A stretch of DNA of 63,931 nucleotides, filler included, from Rhabdomonas costata (taxonomy: Eukaryota): NCBI GenBank assembly GCA_019059605.1. It is 46 parts of 46 records of this genome, joined end to end, with 100 filler letters (N's around TTAATTAATTAA, not from the genome) between each part and the next. Parts side by side here need not be neighbours in the genome. Positions count along the whole stretch, not along the records: positions 37,588 to 38,877 come from JAHMHO010020436.1; positions 38,978 to 40,268 come from JAHMHO010020437.1; positions 40,369 to 41,659 come from JAHMHO010020438.1; positions 41,760 to 43,050 come from JAHMHO010020439.1; positions 43,151 to 44,441 come from JAHMHO010020440.1; positions 44,542 to 45,832 come from JAHMHO010020441.1; positions 45,933 to 47,224 come from JAHMHO010020442.1; positions 47,325 to 48,615 come from JAHMHO010020443.1; 38 more parts are not named here. The stretch is one strand, 5' to 3'. Shown here one piece after another: positions 37,588 through 49,294 of the stretch. The stretch's first letter is position 1. Each line of letters begins with the position of its first letter. Both the position numbers and the translations under genes were made by a program. The notes under the pieces are model-generated. The model was not told the DNA's origin. It worked only from the letters and a program-made list of their open reading frames with translations, and did not search any database.

Positions 37588-38594
37588 TGTTGTTGTGCTG
37601 GACTCGAGCGGGAAGCGTGAGGAAGGGGCCTTGCCCGACGGGTCGGCGGAGGCTGTGACGTATCTCATTGTCAAGCGACCCTCGAAGGTGAGTGTTGACT
37701 GCCCTTTGCACCATAAGTTACATCCAAAACTCGCATGTGACTCATTTCTCTCATTTCTCATATTTCTCATTTCCACTTGAGCGGTTTTAGCAAATGTAAA
37801 GCAGCTTTCGAAAAATCCAGGATGGCGTCATTCTGAGTGTACGGTGCGACGTACGTAATGATCGTTTTGTGGGCGTTGGCATAAGTAATCAGCTTTTTGG
37901 GGGGGGGGGTGGCCCCACTGTGGGTGTTGCTTTGTACTTTCCTGCCCCACAGTCTACTTTTCTGCCCCCCCTCAAGCCTCTTTTCCTTTTACTTTCGTTC
38001 TCCCGTCCCTTGTTTGCTGTTTGTTGGCTTGCTTATTTGCCTTTTTAGTGTCTTTTGTTTTTCGTTTGTACGCGGCTCCCGTTCAACCAGTGACATACAA
38101 TACCTCACCCCCCCCCCAGCCCGGCGATGCATCCACAATCAGTGCCTCTCAGTCTTTGCCTTTCAGTCCTGTCATACAGGTTGTGCTTTTGCTGTAATTT
38201 TTTTCTGTTTCCTTTAATCTGTGAATCTGTTAATCTGTGAACATCATGCTGTCCCCTTTGTGTTATGAAACGTGCCACCCCTTCGTTTGTCCTAATAACA
38301 AAAAGTCTTCACTTGTCGAATCTCGTGTTCCACAGGGGCTGCTGGCGAACCTTTGGGAGTTCCCTTGTGTGGAACTGGAGGGCTCGTCGCGGCCACCACT
38401 TCCCCAGGGTCGAGCCCCGGCGGAACTTCTACAGCACCTCAGGTTACTTGGTGTTGGGCTGCCGCCCGGCAGCGAGCGCCTCACCCCTCGGGGCGTGTAC
38501 ACACATAAGTTCTCGCACTTCACGGCAAACCTTGCGGTGTACCAGGCAAAGCTGCCGAGGCCGCCCAGGAGCAGCCCGGGGGTCGCCCTGCAAG
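37588..38594 (+). CDS. MUTYH: Adenine DNA glycosylase MutY, C-terminal NUDIX-like domain (2 exons)
   Basis: YLIVKRPSK|GLLANLWEFP...GVYTHKFSHF (HxFSH motif); exons to 37687 and 38336-38594. Confidence 0.88.
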
Positions 38595-38978
38595 GTTTGC
38601 GAGCTCTTGCCTCCGATCATCCTCCCACGCACACGGACACCCACGCACAGACACCGCGTCGGCGCCCTTCTCTCCGCACTTTTGTTTTCTGTGTCGCTTT
38701 CCTGTCATCCGAAATTTACGCTGGTCATCTGACTGGGCAGGATGTGCTTAGTGCTGTGCTCTTTTTGGACGAATGCGCACCCCGTTGCATTTTCAATACC
38801 CCACTGCCGTGCACCCTTCCCAGTCAGATGACCAGCGTAAATTTCGGATGACAGGAAAGCGACACAGAAAACAAACCNNNNNNNNNNNNNNNNNNNNNNN
38901 NNNNNNNNNNNNNNNNNNNNNTTAATTAATTAANNNNNNNNNNNNNNNNNNNNNNNNNNNNNNNNNNNNNNNNNNNNC

Positions 38979-40268
38979 CGATTCTAAAATTTTCTGGTAG
39001 AGAAGCACATTCGTCTTGACAAAATGTTGTTTCTTCTTTAAGCGTGTGAGGAAGCGTGTGACTGACTACGCTTACGTGTTGGTACCTTTGAGTTCTACGT
39101 TCTAAGCGTTGACTTTTCTTGGTGTTTCTAGGCATATCTGTGAGAGTACAGGCTGCATTATCACGTTTTAACACTCATATAGTTGCTCTAGTAGTTGCAT
39201 TTGTTGTTACTCTTCCATTTAGTTCTATTAATTCTACAAATCCACGATAACCTGTGTCCCTGGATCCACAAATCGTGGCGAGCATGCAGAGGCCTTCTCA
39301 TTACTAGTGAGTGGTGAGTGTTGTTTGTCTGGGTGTGTTGTACTTCTGGGTCTTTCACGTGTTGGTGCTAGTTGCTCCTCTGTTTGTTGAATTTATTCAA
39401 TGTGTGGTGAGTTGATAAGTTTGAGCTGTCGTGTGTTGTTGTTGTTGTTGGAATGTAAACTTTGCATTAGTCTTTGTTATCTTCATCTGGTTGTTTGGGT
39501 GTGTTCGTGTGACACATAAAGAGTCCAGTGGGTTATCAGGTGGAGTGTCTGATACTGATTAGTAAGTATATCTCTGAGCAAAACATTTTTTGTACAATAT
39601 GATTTATCTGGTAAGTGCGTCTAATTTTACAATGTAGCGCATAAAAGTTTATGCAGTTTTCAGATTTCTTCCAGGTTGGAGAAAATTGGATCTTTGACTC
39701 CATTTAGGTTATTTTTAACACTGAATACAACATTCTACATTATCGGAGCCACTTTGTGAGGTAGACAAGATAATCCATCCCAGTTGACTGAGGCAATTGA
39801 CAATCTCACTGGATCTAACCAACCTCAGACACCTAACCAATAAAATAGTCGTTAAGAACTTACTATTGCATCGCCGCTTATGAGGATACATAACGCTTAC
39901 GAGATATCATACGCCTAAATTGCCACAAGCTAAACTTCAACACTCTACATATTTGAATGCGTACGACCATACTCTGAGTTCACACTCTTTTTATTCACCA
40001 CAATAGAAATTGCTACAGATGGCTAATACTCTGACTTACCTGTCACGGTTTTAGTTAATTCTGGTGATTAAATACACCACCAAATCTCATAAAAACCCAC
40101 CGGATAGCACGGTAAATTTACGAGCATTATACAGTACTGTATTTGAATCTCTGCATGGGAAAACTCTGTATCAATGACACCACAGATCTTGAAAGGCAAG
40201 GATTTGATTCAAAGTCATTCAATCACGTGACTGTAAACTAGCCTCGTTAAAACTGTTCAAAAAAAACA
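38979..40268 (-). CDS. Putative intronless CDS fragment read with a non-stop genetic code (TGA=Trp, TAR=Glu/Gln), likely a second organism
   Basis: AT-rich contig. One minus frame reads ...MESVEVELVAIEAYDISEALCILISG...KDPIFSNLEEIWKLHKLL...VDLENEENEMEEEQQMQLLEQLYECENV... with TAR=Glu and TGA=Trp. Family unknown. Confidence 0.55.
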
Positions 40269-40889
40269 NNNNNNNNNNNNNNNNNNNNNNNNNNNNNNNN
40301 NNNNNNNNNNNNTTAATTAATTAANNNNNNNNNNNNNNNNNNNNNNNNNNNNNNNNNNNNNNNNNNNNTGTGGGTGTGTTTGGTTGGTGGTTTCCGAGAA
40401 AGAACGACTCAGTCGTAGTACCCGCTTCTGATGCAGGGCTTGTCACTGCTCCAGAGCTGCTCCAGAGCAGGGAATGCCGGGTACCCCCCTCCCAAAAAAA
40501 ATCACTCACATATTCTGGCTCTTCTGACGACACCACCGTATTCGAATGAGAATAACACCTCTCCCCGCCGTTGTAAACTCTCTCCCTCGCTGTATTAACA
40601 CCACGTCCCGGTTTTCACTACTTATAAAGCGCACCCACGACCCATGGCTCGTTTCCTGCCATCGACCGAAGAACAAGAAGGGAAGGGATGGGATGGCCAA
40701 TTCGCCCCCTCCCATTGACCCTCGGTCTTACACTACAAAGCCCCAGTACTAAAAACAAAAAAGGTCAAGCAACACCCACAAACTTTTTTCCCTTCACAAA
40801 CTGAAAGCGCCATATTTCATAGACAAGCACATTTTCAAACACACACACACACATGCGCACAACACACGAAGAGGGGCAGCAAGGAAGGT

Positions 40890-41550
40890 TCATCTGTTGG
40901 GACGAGACCCTCTGTGCCGGAAAGACGGCCGCCGGGTTTTTAGAGGGGAGGCGATCCCCAGCACTTTGGCGGCTTGCACGGCGTCGAGAAGTTGTTGCCC
41001 CAGAATCTGAGCAAATCACGCAAACAAAACCCACAGAGCCCGTCACCTGTCATACAAGATCCGCTTTGCATGAAGGAGATGGACCAGATACAAGGAAAAC
41101 ATCACACTATAAGAATTTCCAAGGACACTGTTAATTTCGGATTAATGGATAAGATTTTTTGATCAGCGTGAGCTTCGCGCCAAATCAATACCACTGAAAA
41201 AGGTAAATAATAAAGTCGAGTTTTGAATTGTGAAGAACGCCCGCAAACTGCGCGCCAGGGTAATATCCGGAGTGAAACCAGCCAATGGAGCACTCAAAAC
41301 TATTCCCGTTTCCACTCCTTCACCATCTCTTGAACCACGGACAAAAGACATAAAACCCAGTCCCAGAGCCAGACAACACCTTGTCCACGTCCGCCCTTGC
41401 ACCCGTCTTCACTGTATAATGCGAGCATGTGTGCAGCCGCAAGGTGCGGTTGGCGTTGGCCTCGCTCAGGAGGTGATTCCAGGTGTTCACCCACACCACG
41501 GGGCGCTCGCTGCCCACCTCGATTGCAAAGTGGCTGAGCAAAGTTGCGCG
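40890..41550 (-). CDS. 3' exons of an unknown protein
   Basis: ...RPVVWVNTWNHLL...CSHYTVKT|...|ILGQQLLDAVQAAKVLG...RPNR* with plausible AG/GT borders. Exon structure is tentative. Confidence 0.4.
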
Positions 41551-41771
41551 ACAGAAGGGGCTCAATGCCACACCAGGAACAAACAGCAACCAGATCGCAT
41601 CTCAATTCACTTCAACTCACCGCTGGCTCGGGCATAACAGACATGGTTCACAAGACGAANNNNNNNNNNNNNNNNNNNNNNNNNNNNNNNNNNNNNNNNN
41701 NNNTTAATTAATTAANNNNNNNNNNNNNNNNNNNNNNNNNNNNNNNNNNNNNNNNNNNNGGGGGGGTGGGT

Positions 41772-42525
41772 CCACGCTGAAGTGGGCGAGCGTCACCCAC
41801 GAGAGCAGCCCAAAGGCCACATCAAAGGGTTCCGTGCCCCGGGCCCCCGTGATCGCCTGCACCCACCAGCGGAGGAGAACGGGAACTTCCCGCACCGGGC
41901 CAAACCACCGCCTCCGCTCTGGACCGCCCGACGCGGCCGCGGTGTACCGCAATAGTTCCTGGTGAACAGAGGCCGGCAGCTCTTGTGGTCGGGTGGCAGT
42001 TATAATCGAGACGTAAGTCCGGCAATACGGACAGTGCACCCCAGAGGATGGGGAGCGACTTCTCCAAAAGCCCAGGATGCAGGCTGTGAAGGTGAACAGC
42101 AAGCAGAGAACAGAGCAGATACTTCAACATCAACCTTTTTGAAAATGCAAACGGCCGAGAGTTCTGATGCACTGATAGTTAAAGCTGGCGGACGAAGAGC
42201 AATGGAGTCAAGAAAACCGGAAATCACCCCGGACTCACTATTAAAACCACAGGGAAACATTGTTTCGTGGTCACAAAATCAACGGGGCGGCGGAAAGCAC
42301 AGAACTGCGTGCCATAAAAGGATACACGGCACACAGCCACCCAATGTACTCAGCGAATGTATTCACTGACACTGAAAATCCGCGGCATTGGATGCGAGAG
42401 ATACCAACGCAGTACGAGTGCCCGCAATTGGTCTGCACGGGCTGCCAAACGGTCTCCAAGCAGATGGGACAAGTGGGGCGATCGGCGCCATGGGCATTCT
42501 GGGACACAGCGCAGGGGCGTCCATC
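41772..42525 (-). CDS. RNF170: C3HC4 RING E3 ligase, RNF170-like (2 exons)
   Basis: Exons 42525-42405 and 42083 onward: CPICLETVWQPVQTNCGHSYCV|ACILGFWRS...VHCPYCRTYVSII...VPVLLRW. Confidence 0.82.
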
Positions 42526-44018
42526 CTGCAACAAAGCAAATGTCCAGACCCCACCACCACCACAAAAAAAATCAACGCTAATCACTACAGATTCCGCTAA
42601 GCAGGCAAGGGCCATTTTCGCATCAAACTACAAAAACGCTTTGGTATGGCCCAACTCACATTAAAAGTGAGAGTTTTAGAAATCCAAAGATAAAAACATG
42701 GGAAGCGGCAATGCAACGAATGGGCAGCGTAAGAAGGGGTCATCTCAGTTCGTTGTTTTCTTCATTTTTCAACCCTTTTGTCGCTATGAAGTTCGTAAAT
42801 GCTCTCATTTATTGGACAGTTCTCACTTTTGAAGTGAAGCGGACAATATAACAATTGCAACGGGGATTTAACTCATCTGAAACCTTCATACTTCCCTTTT
42901 TATCGAAAAAACAGACTTGCTAACAGGTAGAAAAGGGTCGATAAGAATGGCAGGAATCCCTCCCCTTCCAACTCGAACCCTAACCGAATCCGCAGCAGCG
43001 CCGAAATGAGTGAGGTAGGGAAAAGATAGAGCACCACAGCTTGCTCCTGGNNNNNNNNNNNNNNNNNNNNNNNNNNNNNNNNNNNNNNNNNNNNTTAATT
43101 AATTAANNNNNNNNNNNNNNNNNNNNNNNNNNNNNNNNNNNNNNNNNNNNTGTTGTTGGTGGAAGTGGAAAGGTCCACTCAATTTGAAACTGAATGAGCC
43201 ACCCTATTCTTGACAGGCGCTCGCCCTACGGTGTTCACGCTGGTTTACATTCACTCCAAACACGCCACAAAAGTCAAATCAACAGCCAGGACTGACCTTC
43301 AGAGACCTAATTGAGTGCGGATAAATCTCCCGCGAAACGGGAACGCAAATACCTGGGGCACTATCACCGCGATCGCTTCCGTGGAGTTGAGGTTTGGATT
43401 GAGACTCCTCAAAGCCGGGTCTGACCAGTGGGTCACATTTCCTGTTATTGGAAAAAACAAAAAATCGAGACCTTGCCACATCCCAAAGTGCGCACAACAA
43501 CAAGATTTGGGAATAGCACATTAGACGGTCCCCCACCCCGTGACGCAGACCCGAGCGTAGCGATCGCTACCGAGTATACTCATTCCAGAAGTGTGTTGGT
43601 GCCTAGAATTTTAGGTGTTAAGTGTGTCAGAACCTAGAATCGCCCAAGACATCCTGGAAACTTTCCATGGGAAACGTGCATCGCCTCCTAACCCCCTGCA
43701 AAGTCTCTTTTAGACTTCCACGGGACACATACTAAAGCCCACCGCAAAAGTTGCGTAGCGGTCGCCACGCACAGAGTGAGTAACGCCGCTAAGCAAAAGT
43801 GAATAACGGGGGGCGGGGTCTAATGTATTATAGCCACATATTTTTTTGGGGGGTCCCTCCTCCAAAGTTGAGAATCGGGAATTGCGCCTTGTGCTTTGTG
43901 CCCTAGGCATCAGAAAAATGAGGATTTACATCATGCATCATGCGTAAGAGGTGAATGACACAGTTAATGCACAAACGTGCATATATGTGCAAGATTCCAG
44001 TTAGAATGAAATATTCAT

Positions 44019-44050
44019 GAAATAAAATAAATAAAATAAATAAATAATAA
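44019..44050 (+). repeat. (AAATA/AATA)n AT-rich simple repeat
   Basis: aaataaaataaataaaataaataaataataa seen directly within an AT-rich non-coding patch. Confidence 0.8.
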
Positions 44051-44934
44051 TTATAATATTAATAAAAAATTATTATAACAATATTCATTCATATTCACTA
44101 TGAAAAATAAGCATGAAAATTAGCGTATGAATTTTCCCCAAAAAATTGCCCCTTTTTATCCAGACCAGCGCGATAGCCTGGAAAATTAACCACTTTAACC
44201 ACTCAGCACACCCGCCGACGTGTACATTTTTACGTTGGTGTGGTCTTGTGTGGTCTGCACCGTCCTATTGCCCTTAAATCGAGTAAATTTCCTGGTTGAG
44301 TCAAACCTATTGTTATTTATGCCCTCTTTGCTTGTTTTGAGGGGCATTGTATGCACGATAGCATCGAAAACGTGCAATTTCATTTGACCCAATACTAATA
44401 CCAGGCCGCATAATTAAAGTCGCAATATTCCACCACCACACNNNNNNNNNNNNNNNNNNNNNNNNNNNNNNNNNNNNNNNNNNNNTTAATTAATTAANNN
44501 NNNNNNNNNNNNNNNNNNNNNNNNNNNNNNNNNNNNNNNNNTCTGACATTCCGGAAAGACCAGCCAGAAAACAGAACATTCTGGCATTTTTGTGCAGTTT
44601 GGAAATAGGAGGTTGGCCGAATCTCAAACTGAATATGTAAGGCGAAACAGACTGCCTTGGCGTTGGGCTTGTAAGTTTGGGAAGTACAGCGGAAAACGAC
44701 GCACGATATACTCACCTTCATTTTTGCTGCCTAATGAATTTGCCTGTGGACATGGCATATTGTTATTTTTTATCACCAAACTGTGTGGCATCACGACGGT
44801 ACTCCTGCTGCGATTTGGTGTCTGGCAAGGTATAGCCACAATTTAGCAAGAGAAACCAAGCAAAAAAGCTAAATTTGCCTTTTTAATTTCAAGCAAAGGG
44901 CAGCTGAACACCTCTATTGGACCTTCTTTTGCAG

Positions 44935-45115
44935 GGCTGCTGGCTTGGACGTCACCGAGTCCGAAGTAAAAGAAGCTGCACCCGACCTTCTGGGAAAAGG
45001 GTGGGAAGAACTCGTTCGAGGCGAAGGCCTGAGCCTTTCGGAGTTGGCGCAGCTGGAGGCCTGCCTGAGACCTTCCCACGAGGAAGCGGCGTCAGCCAGC
45101 ACCGTTTCTCGCGAG
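44935..45115 (+). CDS. Isolated exon of an unknown protein
   Basis: ttttgcag|...AAGLDVTESEVKEAAPDLLGKGWEELVRGEGLSLSELAQLEACLRP...|gtagcg. Confidence 0.4.
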
Positions 45116-46154
45116 GTAGCGCGGCACTGAGTCAGTCGGCTCTTTCGGCTCTTGTGAGAAATCGCATGATGAAGGGCCTGGGCCGCGGCTTTCTGGCTGC
45201 TACTTGTTAGGTCGGCAGGGCTGCGGGTCACAAAAACATGCACATAATCAGGCTCACTGCCCCGGTTGCAAAATTCTGCGGCTCCGCCACCCCCCACTCC
45301 ACCCCGCGCTTTTCGATGTTGGGCTTAAATACTTGCAGTGATGTGTTTTGATCACGCCGAACATTTTCTGAATTCTCATTCAAGGACAAGATTTGACCTC
45401 GACCTCGACCTATGTTGCGAATTTTGTTTTGATTTCAAGCTGCATGCTGAAGACTTGCCCCTTGTAGGGCTTTGACGGACAGTGGGCTAAAATCATTTCA
45501 AGGGCCGCGGTGGGGGCCGCTCCAGCGGCGAGGAGTGGGGGAACGTTGCCTAGGGAGGCAATTATTCGGGTGCATCGATGGAAAAAACGATGGTGTTCAC
45601 TGAGACGAAGCGCAGCCGTTTCCTGTACTTCGTCTTAAGCCTTAGTGTATTTTCAGCTGTGTTAGCGCTCACTGAAAGACGACAGCGACGAAAAGAATGT
45701 TTATGGCGTTGTTATCATCCTTTGACACCATTCAACATCGGTATCGACCCCCCCCCTCCCGAGCAGCAAATCCTATGAAACACCTTCCGACGACACACCG
45801 TAACATTTGCTGACGAACCCTTCCCCCAAAAANNNNNNNNNNNNNNNNNNNNNNNNNNNNNNNNNNNNNNNNNNNNTTAATTAATTAANNNNNNNNNNNN
45901 NNNNNNNNNNNNNNNNNNNNNNNNNNNNNNNNTGTTGTGGTTATAATTAAGCATGCCCCTGGCCGGTTCGGGCTCGAGAAGAAGTTCACGTCTCCACGCG
46001 CCCCCCCCCGCACCCATGCGTCCTCTTGTCTTCTCGTATGTGGATCTGTTCCATCACGCTTGGCCACCGAGACCACCTTGAACAGACCACACATTCCGGT
46101 GGGTTACGTGCGTACACAGCGGGACACCCCTGTTCCCTTCCGAGGCCCCGCTTC

Positions 46155-46350
46155 AAGGCTCGCGTCAAATGCCTGCCGGTATTTCGCGTCCATCAAAATT
46201 TACGCCTTACAAAGCATCTAAAAGAGGGCTGTTGCCTTCTCTGTTTTCGATGGGAGCTTGTCCATGTGGCATTCCAGCGCCAGGAGCCTAATGCTGTCAT
46301 TATTGCTGTTGACGAGGCCTTATTATTCCTTACCGCTGCCACTCTTACGC
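46155..46350 (-). pseudogene. Decayed DnaJ (J-domain) coding sequence
   Basis: KASSTAIMTA[frameshift]RLLALECHMDKLPSKTEKATALF*MLCKA*ILMDAKYRQAFD aligns with ASxxEIKKAYRKLALKYHPDK...AxxxFQxIxxAYEILSDxxKRxxYD. Confidence 0.7.
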
Positions 46351-46973
46351 ACTCCTCCATTCCATAACACGTTATGTGATCCCATTCTGACACATCTTTT
46401 GTTCTTCTACTGCTCCTCTCAACACGTCACGCAGTACGACCCTGTCGTCTCTTTCCGATTCTACCTTTGCCCCCAACGCGGATTAGCTGTCACGTCCCAT
46501 GTTCCCCACTCCGCGCCCCCTCTGCGGTAGAGGGGGTTCCTCATTGGGTGCTCGCTTTCGCCAATCCCTTGTGCCAGATCCGCGCTTTACTCCAATAATA
46601 GATGAAGTTCTGTGATCTCTTCCACCTCCAGCCCAGGCCTTACATCAGAATCATCCAGGGCAACCCAATTTGGGAGTTCCAGCTCCCACGTCCAGCACGT
46701 CCAAAAAACTGATTTTTTGGAGCATGGCACGGCGTTCTCTGGAATCTTCATACATGACGGAAAACCTTGCGCTCGCTTCTCTAACGAACAGTTGTTCGCC
46801 CCACGGTTCCGAGGAAGCGTCCATCACGCGTGTGGTGCGTCTCGCTACCACCAATTATTTCCACCAGTTAGGTTCCGCAACTCTCTCTTTCGCGCGCACG
46901 CACACACACATGGCGCCTTGGCACTGTGTGCTGTGGCGTGTCCTTGTGCTGCTTGTTCTGCACACATGTTGTT

Positions 46974-47072
46974 TTTTTTGGCGCGTTCAAGGTGCTGCTG
47001 TTCGTGCTGGACAACACGGCTGGCATTGGGGCATTGTGGTGAGAGTGTGCGCCGTGCCCATCCACACACACA
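46974..47072 (+). repeat. Dispersed ~95-bp repeat ending in (CA)n, copy 1
   Basis: ttttggcgcgttcaaggtgctgctgttcgtgctggac...ggtgagagtgtgcgccgtgcccatccacacaca matches the reverse complement of 51313-51405. Confidence 0.9.
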
Positions 47073-48240
47073 AACCCCTCAAAACACATACCATCCGGGC
47101 AACAGCCAGCACACACCTTGTCCCTGGCAGGTCAGAGAGATTTGCGGGTCGGGCATCCTCTCGTAAAGAGTCTTGTCTACATTTCCTGGTTTAAACCAGC
47201 CACAAAACCGCAAATGCACGGTATNNNNNNNNNNNNNNNNNNNNNNNNNNNNNNNNNNNNNNNNNNNNTTAATTAATTAANNNNNNNNNNNNNNNNNNNN
47301 NNNNNNNNNNNNNNNNNNNNNNNNCTGACCAAGCAAACCCCCGCGACACCGCCTGTGGCTGGGGCCGAGAGTCCTGCGGTGCAATCCGTGCCGTCTCCGG
47401 CGCCCTTTCTGGGCAAGCCAGAGCGTACTGTACTTGCTGTCTAGTCCACGTTATCCGTTTCAAAGCTCATGGAGGGCGGCTGGGGGGTTCCTTTTTGCAG
47501 CTGTTTGCAATTGTTCACCTGATGTCTGAGGGTGAAGGTGTGTTGCGACTAGCTAGAGTATTTATTGCTGAACTGGGCCCTCCCAGCGGAGCACCTAATG
47601 TCAGGCGATGTCCCAGTACGTGTGCGCATTCGAATGCATGTCCCCGTGCGTGTATGCTCCCTTTTGGTGTATGCAGGACTCCCTGCCACCCCCCCCTCCC
47701 CTGAGAGTCCGGATTGCGGGGGGGGGGGGGATTGAAGCAATGGATTTTTCTCGAGATTCTGTGGGTTTTGGTTAGATAGGTTCTCGCAAAGGAGGAGTGA
47801 ATCCCCCCCCCTTGCCCTGCTCAGACCCCCTGAGGTTTATAAATTCTATAGGAATATAAATTCTTAACATGGGTGATTGGGTGATTGTGGTTCCTTAATG
47901 AGTGCTTTCTCAACCTCTGAGCCTTTTGAAAACTTGTTCCTGTTCGGTTGTGTTTTTTCGTTGCCGGGCTTTTTTACAGCTTCTGTGTTGTGAGTTTTCG
48001 TCCCACTTGATTTTGTATCAGATGGAACCTGAAAGCCAGGTGTGCGGTTTTTCCGTCCGTTGGAAGATGTATACTTCTGTTGTGGCATCGCCGTTCTGCG
48101 TTATCAGCCATGCGTGACTTCCACGGGAAGTTCGGGGTGCCCTCACCCACTAAGGGCAAATTGGAGAGGCGGACAAAGAGGAACAACAAAAGAACCATAA
48201 ACCCGACGCGGCCCCTGACCACCATTTTGCGTTTTTTCAG

Positions 48241-48586
48241 CGCGAGGTCAGAGGAAGAGGCCATGCCCTAGAAGAGGTCTCTCTAAGGATCGCTCGCTTC
48301 AGGGGTCCTGGCCAATTTGGAGGATGGAAAGTGTTTACGGTGTAACGACGTTATACATACAGTGTTAAAGCAGTTGTACGGCCCCTTGATGTGGTGGACG
48401 CGCTCAGGGGCTTGTTGGGTAGTGGGCGGTCACAGGTTCTGCAGGAGTCAGCCCTGCCCGCTTCGTTGCACGGTGACCTCGCTGACCTTTTATGGACGTG
48501 CTCGGGTCAAGCCCAGCATCACCCCGAGACTCTGTCCACCCTGGAGGAGTGCGTAGCCCTCTATCTGCGTGACCTTTGCCACAGTG
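48241..48586 (+). CDS. TAF13/Spt3-like (TFIID-18 kDa) histone-fold fragment
   Basis: Exon 48445-48586 LHGDLADLLWTCSGQAQHHPETLSTLEECVALYLRDLCHS resembles FxxDLxxLMYxFGDxxxPxPETVxxLEEIVxxYIxDLC. A possible in-phase upstream exon lies at 48241-48276. Confidence 0.6.
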
Positions 48587-49219
48587 GTGCCTAATTGCCG
48601 TCGCCACCCCACCCCNNNNNNNNNNNNNNNNNNNNNNNNNNNNNNNNNNNNNNNNNNNNTTAATTAATTAANNNNNNNNNNNNNNNNNNNNNNNNNNNNN
48701 NNNNNNNNNNNNNNNTGTGGTGGTTGGACTCCTTTTAGCTTTACAGCGTTGTCTTCAGCTTTGGCGGACATGTAGTGCCAGCCCGGACAGACGGGAGAAA
48801 GCGAAGCATGCAAACGCGTCCATCACCATCAAAGTAAGCGGCACCCCTCCCTCCAGACTCCCGGATTATGGTGGCACCCCCGCAAACCATATGGAAGCGG
48901 TTCGCCCATCGAGATGCCAGAGAGCCGAAGGGTTGGACCAAATTATTTGTGGGGTGGTGGTGTAAAAGTGGTTAAACGGCGTTATACGGTGAGGTGCGAA
49001 ACCAAGCTCATAAACTACTTGTCCTATATGTCCGCCAAAGCTGAAGACAACGCTGTAAAGCTAAAAGGAGTCCAACCAGCCACCAGAAATACTGAGGACA
49101 GAATGACCACAAGCCTTTTTTCTGCTTAACTGCAACGTTAAACTGCTTAACCCGTGCGTGTGCTTGTGTGTTTGTGTGGGTGGTGGAGGACAAGCCAGAT
49201 TGTGAAAAGCAGTGCACAC

Positions 49220-49294
49220 CCAAGTACTCGCTGACATAAGAACGAATCTCATCCGGTGAGTGGACCGCCACCAGAGCAGACATCAGTATTGAAT
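49220..49294 (-). CDS. Small exon, weakly like the GIGYF C-terminal helical motif
   Basis: cag|SILMSALVAVHSPDEIRSYVSEYLG|gtgtgc resembles SPxEVxDYxxxYLG. Confidence 0.35.

Noticed and set aside
39640-39700. IFSNLEEIWKLHKLL as a RhoGEF (DH) domain motif
   Set aside because: The flanking sequence lacks the other DH motifs, and the match is too short to assign a family.
43151-44441. AT-rich patch as a third recoded-stop contig
   Set aside because: The AT richness is a local simple repeat within host-like non-coding sequence, and no protein-like frame was apparent.
46200-46225. TAG/TAA in the J-domain as evidence of stop recoding in the host
   Set aside because: They come with a frameshift and loss of HPD. 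The other host genes have no in-frame stops and end in normal TAA or TGA.
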